26,848 nt of DNA, taken from the IMG/VR virus record IMGVR_UViG_3300042197_001337, positions 1-26,848 of that record; one strand, written 5' to 3'. The DNA is from a virus. Taxonomy: Duplodnaviria; Caudoviricetes. The notes below the pieces were generated by a model. It had not been told where the DNA came from. It saw nothing but the letters and a program-made list of their open reading frames with translations, and made no database searches. A program made the position numbers and the translations under genes. Shown one piece after another: positions 8,891-17,373 of the stretch. The stretch's first letter is position 1; the number at the start of each line of letters is the position of its first letter.

Positions 8891-8897
8891 TATTTAG
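8891..8897 (-). promoter_or_regulatory. Possible late promoter (CTAAATA) for phoH
   Basis: + strand TATTTAG reads CTAAATA on the - strand, intergenic and upstream of phoH. Confidence 0.45.
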
Positions 8898-9002
8898 GTC
8901 AGGCAAGCAGGCAATTTTGCAAGTGTTTAAAACTTATGTAATACTCATAAGTATTAGGCTGACCTTGAAATATAGGTTCAAATACCTTTTTAATTTTTAC
9001 AG

Positions 9003-9010
9003 CATAAATA
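9003..9010 (+). promoter_or_regulatory. T4-type late promoter CATAAATA
   Basis: Intergenic, 18 nt before ATG 9029; heads the run of genes that includes the lysis cassette. Confidence 0.65.
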
Positions 9011-9028
9011 TCTAAAAGAACTGTAAAC

Positions 9029-9586
9029 ATGGCTGCCGATCTTAGAAATATTATTGATAACACTAAACAAATTTACATGACAGACAGTGCTCTGGAAAGC
9101 CTCATGGACTTTGAAAGAGTACTAGATGAATTAGACACCTATGTGTTTGAAAACTGGATTAAAGGCGAATTAGTAGAAGGACCTCTGTACGAAAAGTATT
9201 TCGTAACCTGTACTTTTATGTGGCCTTATAAGTTAATGCCTGATCCTCGTGGTGCAGAACGTTTATTAGACTACAACTGTAAAGTGCGTTTTCGTAAAAC
9301 ACAATTCAGTTATCCGGCCACAGTCAAAGATCAAAGTGATTTTAGACCGGGTACTCACATGCCTAAAATGGTTAATAAACCAGTCTGGTTAGTAGAAATT
9401 GTTATGCCAAAACAGTTAATGAAAGACATACAACGTGGTAGTTTAGAGCTTGAATCAGAAGATGTTGATTTAGATGATATCGAACAAAGTTATGAAGTTG
9501 GATTAGATGACGACATCTATAAGAATGATGAAGAACAACAGCAAACACAACCAAATGCACAACAGCAACCATTACCAACAATATAA
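9029..9586 (+). CDS. Hypothetical late protein with acidic/Gln-rich tail
   Basis: 185-aa ORF after a late promoter; no recognisable enzyme motif. Confidence 0.75.
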   Translation: MAADLRNIIDNTKQIYMTDSALESLMDFERVLDELDTYVFENWIKGELVEGPLYEKYFVTCTFMWPYKLMPDPRGAERLLDYNCKVRFRKTQFSYPATVKDQSDFRPGTHMPKMVNKPVWLVEIVMPKQLMKDIQRGSLELESEDVDLDDIEQSYEVGLDDDIYKNDEEQQQTQPNAQQQPLPTI

Positions 9587-10130
9587 CCTTAATGAAGGAT
9601 TAGAAAAGGGTGACTTAGCCAGACTAGTAAGCTCTAAGGTTACTATTGACGAATACAAAAGTAAGATTGGCAAAGACGAAGAGATCATTGTATTAGCTTT
9701 TAAGGTACAAGGAAAAAATCCTGCATTAGACTTAGTAAATTTTATAGAAAAAAGTTATGATTGGGTGCTTGATGCTGATGCTAGCTCAGGCGAACTTGAT
9801 GACGGTGACTATCTTATTTTTGTAGAAATGGATAGAGAAGAAGAAGCTGCTGCTAATATCATACAATTATTAGAGGATTTAGTTAATCTGACAGATATTA
9901 GCATGGAAGAATGGGAATTGCACAATTTTAAACCTAATAAACAGTCAAGTGCAGAAATAGATACATTAAAAAGTATAATTCCATTATCTATTTCAGCTTA
10001 CCAATCAATTAACCGTAGTTATCAAGAAGACATAGACAAATTAAAAACAGCAGCTGGCGTTCGTGTTGAAACTCGTGCTCCTAAAAATGATTTTACAGAA
10101 AGTTTAAGGATTGCAGCTGGTATTCGTTAA
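9555..10130 (+). CDS. Hypothetical acidic late protein, possibly head-associated
   Basis: Track start 9507; ATG 9555 gives a shorter overlap and the N-terminus MHNSNHYQQYNLNEGL with an LxE site. Confidence 0.7.
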   Translation: MHNSNHYQQYNLNEGLEKGDLARLVSSKVTIDEYKSKIGKDEEIIVLAFKVQGKNPALDLVNFIEKSYDWVLDADASSGELDDGDYLIFVEMDREEEAAANIIQLLEDLVNLTDISMEEWELHNFKPNKQSSAEIDTLKSIIPLSISAYQSINRSYQEDIDKLKTAAGVRVETRAPKNDFTESLRIAAGIR

Positions 10131-10151
10131 ACAAAGAAAGGATTTTCAACG

Positions 10152-10691
10152 ATGTGGCAACTTTTTTTCATAGTTGATTTTTTACCAGACTTATTTTGGC
10201 ATATGCTGTTTGTAGTCAGTGCTGGACTGGTATTCGCAACTACTTTTATTAAAATAATTCCTCACAGACTACCTCTTAGTATATTCAGTGCATTGTTGTT
10301 GGCATTTAGTATATGGGTCGAGGGTGGCTTAGCTAACGAACAAAAATGGCTAGAAGAAATTGCACGTTTACAAGAAGCTGTTCGTGCTGCTGAAGATAAG
10401 GCTAGACAAGCTAGTAGCCAAATCCAAACAGAGATTGTAGAGAAAGAAAAAGTTATAGTCAAGCGTGGCGAAACCATTGTAAAAGAAATTGACAAGATAG
10501 TGGAAGTGCCTGGTCCTGAACGTGTTCGAGAAATCACCAAAGACATGAGCGAAGAACAGCGTAAGAAATACGAAGAAGAATTAGAACAACTACGTAAAAT
10601 AAACTCACTTGAATGTGCCATACCAAAGCCCTTAGTTGATGCACACAATGAAGCTGCTAAGAATCCCGCCAGTAAAGGAGAAAAGAAATGA
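10152..10691 (+). CDS. Inner-membrane spanin (Rz-like)
   Basis: N-terminal hydrophobic segments, long coiled coil, C-terminal CAIP...DAHNEAA; overlaps a lipoprotein gene and precedes the endolysin. Confidence 0.7.
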   Translation: MWQLFFIVDFLPDLFWHMLFVVSAGLVFATTFIKIIPHRLPLSIFSALLLAFSIWVEGGLANEQKWLEEIARLQEAVRAAEDKARQASSQIQTEIVEKEKVIVKRGETIVKEIDKIVEVPGPERVREITKDMSEEQRKKYEEELEQLRKINSLECAIPKPLVDAHNEAAKNPASKGEKK

Positions 10692-10978
10692 GAATCATTA
10701 CCGTACTCCTTATAAGTTTGGCGTTGGGTGGATGTGGCATGTTCACTAAATTATTACCGGTCATGCCCGAGTTCCCTGAACCTGTAAAAGAACTAACAGA
10801 AAAATGTCCAGATCTTAAACAAATCGAAGGTGATAAAGTAGCTGTCACAGATTTGTTAAAAGCTGTAGTAAACAACTACACCCTGTATTATCAATGCAGT
10901 TTGAAAAATGATGGGTGGAATAATTGGTATAAACAGCAAAAAGAAATTTACGACGAAGTTAAAAAGAAAGGGAGATAA
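10688..10978 (+). CDS. Outer-membrane spanin lipoprotein (Rz1-like)
   Basis: Signal peptide with lipobox LGGC, Pro-rich segment, CPDL...NYTLYYQC. Confidence 0.75.
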   Translation: MRIITVLLISLALGGCGMFTKLLPVMPEFPEPVKELTEKCPDLKQIEGDKVAVTDLLKAVVNNYTLYYQCSLKNDGWNNWYKQQKEIYDEVKKKGR

Positions 10979-11604
10979 TGAGCGACGAATTTATTCTTAC
11001 CCGAGATCAGTTAGCCGAACTTATAAAGGGCAATCCATATGTGGATTATTGGCATGACGCTATGCGTCGCTGTTTGCCCGATTATGATATCAATACTCCA
11101 CAGCGTGTAGCAGCATTTGTAGCACAATGTGCTCATGAAAGCGGTGGTTTTAAGTTTCTTAAAGAAAACCTCAAATATCGTGCCGCTAGTTTAGTCAAAG
11201 TATGGCCTAAGTATTTCCCTAACATGGACATTGCCAACCAATATGCTGGCAAGGAGGAAATGATTGCTAATCGTGCCTATGCTAATCGTATGGGTAATGG
11301 ATCAGAATCATCAGGCGATGGTTGGCGATTTTGTGGGCGTGGCTTGATACAATTAACTGGACGCAACAACTATCAAAACTTTGCAGACAGTATAGAAACA
11401 GACATCAATGATATTCCACATTACCTTGCTACCTTTGAAGGTGCGGTGCAATCAGCTTGCTGGTTTTGGGAAACAAATAATTTAAACCAATGGGCAGATA
11501 AGGGTGACATGATGACCCTAACCAAACGTATCAACGGTGGTACATTAGGGCTACAAGATCGCGTTAAACACTATGAACATGCTCTGCATGTACTAGGAAT
11601 CTAA
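10978..11604 (+). CDS. Endolysin, glycoside hydrolase family 19
   Basis: AAFVAQCAHESGGF, YANRMGNG, GDGWRFCGRGLIQLTGRNNY, SACWFW, TKRINGG. Confidence 0.92.
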   Translation: MSDEFILTRDQLAELIKGNPYVDYWHDAMRRCLPDYDINTPQRVAAFVAQCAHESGGFKFLKENLKYRAASLVKVWPKYFPNMDIANQYAGKEEMIANRAYANRMGNGSESSGDGWRFCGRGLIQLTGRNNYQNFADSIETDINDIPHYLATFEGAVQSACWFWETNNLNQWADKGDMMTLTKRINGGTLGLQDRVKHYEHALHVLGI

Positions 11605-11605
11605 C

Positions 11606-12169
11606 ATGGGTATTTTTTCGAAAAAGAAAGGGGCAACTAAAGTGGCCGAAGAAGAAAAGAAAGAAGCACCAGCTGAAGGAAAATCAGATGGAGCTAAGAA
11701 ACAAGAAGATTGGATGAATTCAAAATGGCGTCCGGCCATGGGTTGGATGTACATGATGGTTTGTGTGTTTGACTTTATTGTGTTTCCTATCATGTACACC
11801 ATTGTACAGTTTTGGGAAACTGAAGCGGCCAATGACGCTTTCCGTCAATGGCAACCACTTACCCTAGCTGGTGCCGGCTTGTTCCATATGGCTATGGGTG
11901 CAGTGCTAGGTCTAAGTGCTTGGGGTCGTACACAAGAAAAACTAAATGGTGCTAACAATGGTGGTATGCAACCAGTTAGCCAAAGCGTAACTACTACATA
12001 TGGAAGCAGCAGTGGAAATTTCGGTAGTGCCCCGGCGGGTAATTTTGGTGCCAACGCCGGCGGATTTGGTGGATCGTCACCGGCACCCAGTCAGGGCGGA
12101 TTTGGACAAGTAACTACAGGATTCGGCGGTAAGCCTGCTCCGGTAGAACCACCAAGAGAATGGATTTAA
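11606..12169 (+). CDS. Holin (GTA holin 3TM-like family) with Gly/Phe-rich tail
   Basis: KWRPAMGWMY plus hydrophobic helices and GAVLGLSAWGRTQEK; immediately after the endolysin. Confidence 0.75.
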   Translation: MGIFSKKKGATKVAEEEKKEAPAEGKSDGAKKQEDWMNSKWRPAMGWMYMMVCVFDFIVFPIMYTIVQFWETEAANDAFRQWQPLTLAGAGLFHMAMGAVLGLSAWGRTQEKLNGANNGGMQPVSQSVTTTYGSSSGNFGSAPAGNFGANAGGFGGSSPAPSQGGFGQVTTGFGGKPAPVEPPREWI

Positions 12170-12178
12170 GGAGAAACC

Positions 12179-12547
12179 ATGCATAAAATTTTAATCGGTT
12201 TGATATTAGGGTTAGGCATAGCCACAGCACAGGCAGCAGAGCCTGCCAAAGGTGCTGAACCCGGTAAGCCAGCCAAGGCTGCTACAGCATCAAGTGCTGC
12301 ACCAGCAGCCGCAGCGGCCACACCAGCAGCAGGTGCAAGTGGAGCTAAGGTTGGTGAGCCAGCCAAGGCAGCAGATAATTCTGGTGCAGACACAGCTGGT
12401 AAGGGCGAAGTAAAAGTGGTATGTCATGACAAAGTCAAAGATGGTAAGCCAGTGATGGGCAAGGATGGCAAGCCCGAACAAGAGTGCAAAAAGATTAAAG
12501 TGCGTCAAAAATTGGAAGCACACGATATTCCACCAGCCAAAAAGTAA
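12179..12547 (+). CDS. Secreted/periplasmic Ala-Pro-Lys-rich protein
   Basis: SD AAGGAG; Sec signal MHKILIGLILGLGIATAQA; low-complexity linker; C-terminal VCHDK...ECKK Cys pair. Confidence 0.75.
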   Translation: MHKILIGLILGLGIATAQAAEPAKGAEPGKPAKAATASSAAPAAAAATPAAGASGAKVGEPAKAADNSGADTAGKGEVKVVCHDKVKDGKPVMGKDGKPEQECKKIKVRQKLEAHDIPPAKK

Positions 12548-12552
12548 TATTT

Positions 12553-12581
12553 TTGACTTAATAATAAAGGTATAGTATAAT
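12553..12581 (+). promoter_or_regulatory. Sigma70-type promoter for dnaJ-clpA
   Basis: TTGACT (12553-12558), 17 nt, TATAAT (12576-12581). Confidence 0.8.
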
Positions 12582-12604
12582 TAATACTGTACCTTTTTCC
12601 TTTT
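12566..12604 (+). terminator. Probable intrinsic terminator of the lysis operon
   Basis: AAAGGTATAGTAT-AATTA-ATACTGTACCTTT stem (one G-U pair) followed by TTCCTTTT. Confidence 0.55.
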
Positions 12605-12619
12605 AAGATATATACATAT

Positions 12620-13438
12620 ATGAAGGACTTTTACAATATATTAGGTGTAGATGCAAATGCATCTGAAGACGCCATTAAACAGGCTTATAAGCGTTTAGCC
12701 ATGCAGCATCACCCTGATCGCGGCGGCGATGCAGCTAGGTTTCAAGAGATTCAAGAAGCATATAGTACTTTAACTGATCCTAATAAACGTGCCCAATGGG
12801 AACAACAAAAGGCATTTCAAGATCACGGAAATTTTAGTTTTAGTTTTAATTTTGGACCTGACATCAATGATGTATTACGCGGTTTTGGTAATTCGCCATT
12901 TGGTCATTTTCGCCAAGTTCAACGTAATAGAGATATTAGAACAGTAATGGTAGTAGATCTAGTTAGTACATTAGAACAACAATCAAAAACTATTAATATC
13001 AGACAACAAGATGGTACTAATAATACTGTTCAAATAACGATTCCACGTGGTGTACAATCGAATATGCAAATGCGATTTCCGGGTCATGGTGATCATACTA
13101 ATAAAAGCATTCCGCCTGGTGACTTGTATGTAGAGTTTAGAGTTAATCCTGCACCTGGATTTACTCAACAAGAACTCAACTTACACAAAAAACATATGAT
13201 AAATTGTATAGATGCTATGCTAGGCACTACAATTTCAATATATGGTTTAGATGGTCGGCAATTTGATATAACAGTACCTAAAGGTACACAACCAGGAACT
13301 CAATTACGCATACCAAATAACGGTTTATGGGATGTTAATCATCCCGTTAGGGGTGATTTATTTGTTGAGGTGTGCGTAGAGATACCACAATCTATAAGTC
13401 AAGAACAATTTATTCGACTCAATTCTTTAATAAACTAA
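12620..13438 (+). CDS. dnaJ: DnaJ-class co-chaperone lacking the zinc finger (CbpA/class B-like)
   Basis: J-domain DFYNILGV...HHPDRGGD, short G/F region, C-terminal GDLYV/GDLFV domains, no CxxCxGxG repeats. Confidence 0.9.
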   Translation: MKDFYNILGVDANASEDAIKQAYKRLAMQHHPDRGGDAARFQEIQEAYSTLTDPNKRAQWEQQKAFQDHGNFSFSFNFGPDINDVLRGFGNSPFGHFRQVQRNRDIRTVMVVDLVSTLEQQSKTINIRQQDGTNNTVQITIPRGVQSNMQMRFPGHGDHTNKSIPPGDLYVEFRVNPAPGFTQQELNLHKKHMINCIDAMLGTTISIYGLDGRQFDITVPKGTQPGTQLRIPNNGLWDVNHPVRGDLFVEVCVEIPQSISQEQFIRLNSLIN

Positions 13439-13444
13439 AAATTT

Positions 13445-15763
13445 ATGAGTTCTCATATGCGACCTAACGCCGAGATTGAAGAGATCATCGTTCGTGCAGG
13501 AGAATCTGCACGTTTCCATAATCATGAATATGTAACGCTAGAACATCTTTGTCTTAGTATATTCCAACACAAAGGATTACAAGAATTACTTGTCGCTAAC
13601 AAATATAACGTATCCAGTTTATGTGGAGAGCTTGATAACTTCATACGCAATCAACCATATCTGATTAAAGATTCAGTTACACAACCTAAAAAAACACAGA
13701 GTTTAGAAAGATTATTTAATAGAGCGTTGACACAGTGTATGTTCAATGGTCAAAATCAAATACGCATCGTTGACTTATTATTGAGCATGACAGCAGAAGT
13801 TAATAGTCATGCTTACTTTTTTATGTGTAGACATGGTATTGATAGAAATTGTATTATAAGTCTGTACAAAAAGATAAGTTCTGACCTAGAAGATGGCGAT
13901 TTACAGGTTGGAGATACCAAGCGAGCAGATGAGATACTAAAGGAATTTTGTGTAAACCTCAACGACTTGGCCAAGGAAGATAAAATTGATCCTATCATAG
14001 GCAGAGAAACCGAGTTACTAGAAATGACACAGGTAATGGCAAAACGCAATAAAGCCAATGTGTTACTAGTAGGAGATCCCGGTGTTGGTAAAACCATGTT
14101 AGCTGAAGGTCTGGCTAGAAATATTGTCAATGGTAATGTACCAAATTATCTAAAAGACTATGTAATATATAATGTTGACATTGGTAATTTATTGGCTGGT
14201 AGTAAGTATAGAGGTGATTTTGAAGAAAAATTAAAAAATATCATCAAGGCCATGGAAATCAAACAACGCTGTATTATGTTTGTTGATGAAGCACATCAGA
14301 TGCGTGGTGCGGGTAGTAGCAGTTCAGGGGGCACTGTTGATTTTAGTAATATGCTTAAACCGGCATTAACCAAAGGAAAGATTAAAGTAATTGCTAGTAC
14401 TACCTGGGAAGAATACACACAGAGCTTTGAAAAAGATAGAGCTTTAATGCGTAGATTTTACAGATTAGCAGTAGATGAACCTACACCCGAGGTAACTAAA
14501 AATATTCTCAGAGGTATAAAGGAACAGTTTGAAAAGTTTCATGGTCTTGGAATCAGTGATGAAGCAATTATATGTGCTGTAGATTATAGTGTAAGATATC
14601 AACCTGACAGAAAATTACCAGACAAAGCCATTGATCTTATTGATACTGCCGCTGCCAAACAACGAATCAAGCTAGATCATCATCCTAAAATAGTTATTGA
14701 CAAGGCACACATTATAGAAACGCTTAGTAAAGCTACCAAAATTCCCATGGACCAAATTGGCGAGGAGGCTGTGTCTAGTTCATTGATGAACATAGAAACT
14801 GATATCAAACGTCATCTGTATGGTCAAGAAACAGCAGTAGATAGTGTATTAGAAAAAATATATGTAGCCAAGGCAGGTATAAAACCTATTAATAAACCAA
14901 TGGGTAGTTTCTTATTTTTAGGTCCAACTGGTACTGGTAAAACAGAACTAGCCAAACTACTATGTTCCAATCTTAATATGAAATTATTAAGATATGATAT
15001 GAGTGAATATCAAGAAAAACACAGCGTGGCAAAACTAATAGGAGCTCCGCCGGGTTATGTAGGATATGATGATGCCAACATAGGTGGTGGATTGCTTATT
15101 AGTGCGATTGAAAAGAATCCGAACAGTATAGTGCTATTTGACGAAATAGAAAAAGCTCATCCTGATGTAAGCAATGTATTATTAGCATTTATGGATGAAG
15201 GTTTTATCACAAGCAGCAATGGTAAAAGAGCAGATGCTAGGAATTGTATATTAATTTTAACAAGTAACCTAGGGGCCGCAGATAATGAACGTAATACAAT
15301 TGGCTTTTCAACTGATTTGCAACGAACAGGCGAAGATGATAATGCAGTAAAAGACTTTTTCAAACCGGAATTTAGAAATAGATTAGATGGCATTATTAAA
15401 TTCAAGCATTTAGAAAAAACTAGTATGCGAAAGATTGTTGACAAATTTATATCAGAGATAAATGAACTGTTAATGGATAGACAATACAAGTTACAGTTGT
15501 CTGATTCGGCTATTGATCTTTTAATCGAACGCGGATTTGACCGTAAAATGGGTGCAAGACCATTAGCCAGAGCTATAAATGATCTGATCAAAGTACCATT
15601 AAGCAAGAAAATTTTGTTTGAAAATTTAGTTAGTAACTCAATTATAAGAGTAGATTGTAACGATAAACAGTTGACATTTACTACATTAGAGCTTAATATA
15701 TATCCTGCTATAGCAGATAGTACATCAAAGGTTGACGAGAATGGATTTATCACCCTGGCATAA
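13445..15763 (+). CDS. clpA: ClpA-like Hsp100 AAA+ unfoldase
   Basis: HEYVTLEHL N-domain; two NBDs (GDPGVGKT/FVDEAH and GPTGTGKT/FDEIEKAH); GAPPGYVG pore loop; IGF loop; no ClpB-length M-domain. Confidence 0.92.
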   Translation: MSSHMRPNAEIEEIIVRAGESARFHNHEYVTLEHLCLSIFQHKGLQELLVANKYNVSSLCGELDNFIRNQPYLIKDSVTQPKKTQSLERLFNRALTQCMFNGQNQIRIVDLLLSMTAEVNSHAYFFMCRHGIDRNCIISLYKKISSDLEDGDLQVGDTKRADEILKEFCVNLNDLAKEDKIDPIIGRETELLEMTQVMAKRNKANVLLVGDPGVGKTMLAEGLARNIVNGNVPNYLKDYVIYNVDIGNLLAGSKYRGDFEEKLKNIIKAMEIKQRCIMFVDEAHQMRGAGSSSSGGTVDFSNMLKPALTKGKIKVIASTTWEEYTQSFEKDRALMRRFYRLAVDEPTPEVTKNILRGIKEQFEKFHGLGISDEAIICAVDYSVRYQPDRKLPDKAIDLIDTAAAKQRIKLDHHPKIVIDKAHIIETLSKATKIPMDQIGEEAVSSSLMNIETDIKRHLYGQETAVDSVLEKIYVAKAGIKPINKPMGSFLFLGPTGTGKTELAKLLCSNLNMKLLRYDMSEYQEKHSVAKLIGAPPGYVGYDDANIGGGLLISAIEKNPNSIVLFDEIEKAHPDVSNVLLAFMDEGFITSSNGKRADARNCILILTSNLGAADNERNTIGFSTDLQRTGEDDNAVKDFFKPEFRNRLDGIIKFKHLEKTSMRKIVDKFISEINELLMDRQYKLQLSDSAIDLLIERGFDRKMGARPLARAINDLIKVPLSKKILFENLVSNSIIRVDCNDKQLTFTTLELNIYPAIADSTSKVDENGFITLA

Positions 15764-16442
15764 TTTCAAATTTTGTAAGATATCAGAAACTAAACAATTA
15801 TATTATAAAAAATATTATCATAAAATTGTATATAAAATTAAAGGAGCACATCTTTTTACTTTGATTAACAATGGTAGTAACGCACACGATCAGTTAAATC
15901 GGAAAATTGAACGTTTTCATGAGGCATTTAGTATAAACAATGCTGATTGTCAACAACTACATGACTTTTTAAGTTTTTATGTTCAACGTAAATCTTTAGA
16001 GGCTAGATTTCGTATTGAACGTTCAACAGTGGCAATTTTTCATAATGACTTAACTTTTTTGTATAACCTTGCCAATGGAGATTTTAAAAAATATTCAGAC
16101 AAATTGAGAGAAATGACAACATATTTTGATGAATCAACTAAGTCTGTGTTAGATAAAAATGGCATAATTGTTAAAGCACACACAGACCATCTTTATCGTG
16201 TAAATATTCGCAATTATTTCTTTTATAAAAAATATGACAACGAAAGACGTGCTCTAGGAAATTACCTAAAAGAAATAGGCGAAGAAGTTAAAATAACAAT
16301 AGATTTATTACAGGCACTAGAGGGCAATAATAAATACTTTACAGGTTCTTATTTTCATGTAAAAGATCCTAATATAGTTAGTATGATCATGTTGATTACC
16401 CCCAACCTGATCAAGTCGGTGCAGCAATTGGTGGTAAAATAA
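15741..16442 (+). CDS. Hypothetical protein
   Basis: AT-rich ORF; ATG 15741 preferred to TTG 15732. Confidence 0.7.
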   Translation: MDLSPWHNFKFCKISETKQLYYKKYYHKIVYKIKGAHLFTLINNGSNAHDQLNRKIERFHEAFSINNADCQQLHDFLSFYVQRKSLEARFRIERSTVAIFHNDLTFLYNLANGDFKKYSDKLREMTTYFDESTKSVLDKNGIIVKAHTDHLYRVNIRNYFFYKKYDNERRALGNYLKEIGEEVKITIDLLQALEGNNKYFTGSYFHVKDPNIVSMIMLITPNLIKSVQQLVVK

Positions 16443-16456
16443 CTTTCAATAATATT

Positions 16457-17299
16457 ATGGAAAACGATCAAAACACACCTAAAAAAACCAATGACATTGA
16501 ACTGCCAGGCAAAAGTGCCACCGAGGTAGTTAACAAAATCAGCGAACTTATGAAACAACGTCGAGCCGAAAATGTCGACGCAGAAGAAGTAAAAACCAGT
16601 AAGCCTTATGATTTTAGCAAAATTCATTTACATATTGGAATTCCTTGTTACGGTGGAATGATGAGTGAACCCACAGTAACCAGTCTACTTAAATTTGTTT
16701 TAATGGCCAGTAGAGTAGGATTACAATGGAGTTTAGACACCATGGTAAATGAAAGTCTGATTACAAGAGGACGTAATAACTTAATGGCTAAAATGATGAG
16801 CAACCTAAATGCTACACATTTTATGTTTATTGATGCAGACATAAGGTTTGAGCCAGAAAGTATTTTCCAGATGTTAGTTTATGAAAAAGATGTAATTGGT
16901 GGTCTATATCCTAAGAAAAGTATCCCAACTAATTATGTGATTAATCTTTTACCACAAACTAAAATTCAAGGTGATGTGTTCACAGTTGATACAATGGGTA
17001 CGGGATTTTTAATTTTTAAACGTGATGTATATCAGAAATTATGTGATGCACACAAACATACAAAATATGTAGACGACGTTGGTCTAGGTAAACAATACGA
17101 ACCATTTATGTATGCAATTTTTGATACAGCCATTGATGCTAAAGGGCACTATCTCAGCGAAGATTGGTTATTTTGCCGACGTTGGCAAGAACTTGGGGGC
17201 GAGATTTGGGCACACAGTAAGGTGTTGTTGAATCACTGTGGTCATTACGAATATAAAGGTAACTTGGAACAGATGCCAGATTTTACCAAGAACAGATAA
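16457..17299 (+). CDS. GT-A fold glycosyltransferase-like protein
   Basis: IGIPCYGG, NESLITRGRN, FMFIDADI (DxD), GTGFLIFKR, YLSEDWLFCRRW, LNHCGH. Confidence 0.75.
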   Translation: MENDQNTPKKTNDIELPGKSATEVVNKISELMKQRRAENVDAEEVKTSKPYDFSKIHLHIGIPCYGGMMSEPTVTSLLKFVLMASRVGLQWSLDTMVNESLITRGRNNLMAKMMSNLNATHFMFIDADIRFEPESIFQMLVYEKDVIGGLYPKKSIPTNYVINLLPQTKIQGDVFTVDTMGTGFLIFKRDVYQKLCDAHKHTKYVDDVGLGKQYEPFMYAIFDTAIDAKGHYLSEDWLFCRRWQELGGEIWAHSKVLLNHCGHYEYKGNLEQMPDFTKNR

Positions 17300-17324
17300 G
17301 CTGCTTAATTTATGCTGTAACAAT

Positions 17325-17351
17325 AAAAGGCTGCGGTTGCAGCCTTTTTTT
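17325..17351 (+). terminator. Intrinsic terminator
   Basis: AAAAGGCTGC-GGTT-GCAGCC followed by seven T. Confidence 0.9.
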
Positions 17352-17358
17352 ATGGTTC

Positions 17359-17366
17359 CATAAATA
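17359..17366 (+). promoter_or_regulatory. T4-type late promoter CATAAATA
   Basis: Directly after the terminator and 7 nt before ATG 17374. Confidence 0.7.
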
Positions 17367-17373
17367 CATAACT

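Noticed and set aside
9507-9586. Programmed frameshift fusing the ORFs at 9029 and 9507
   Set aside because: No clear slippery heptamer; an internal ATG at 9555 explains the overlap.
12620-15763. Bacterial chromosomal origin suggested by dnaJ, clpA, groES and phoH
   Set aside because: Interspersed with tail, lysis and T4-type late-promoter features, and lacking the usual bacterial operon partners.
13445-15763. ClpB disaggregase call
   Set aside because: No long coiled-coil middle domain, and an IGF ClpP-docking loop is present, so ClpA-like fits better.
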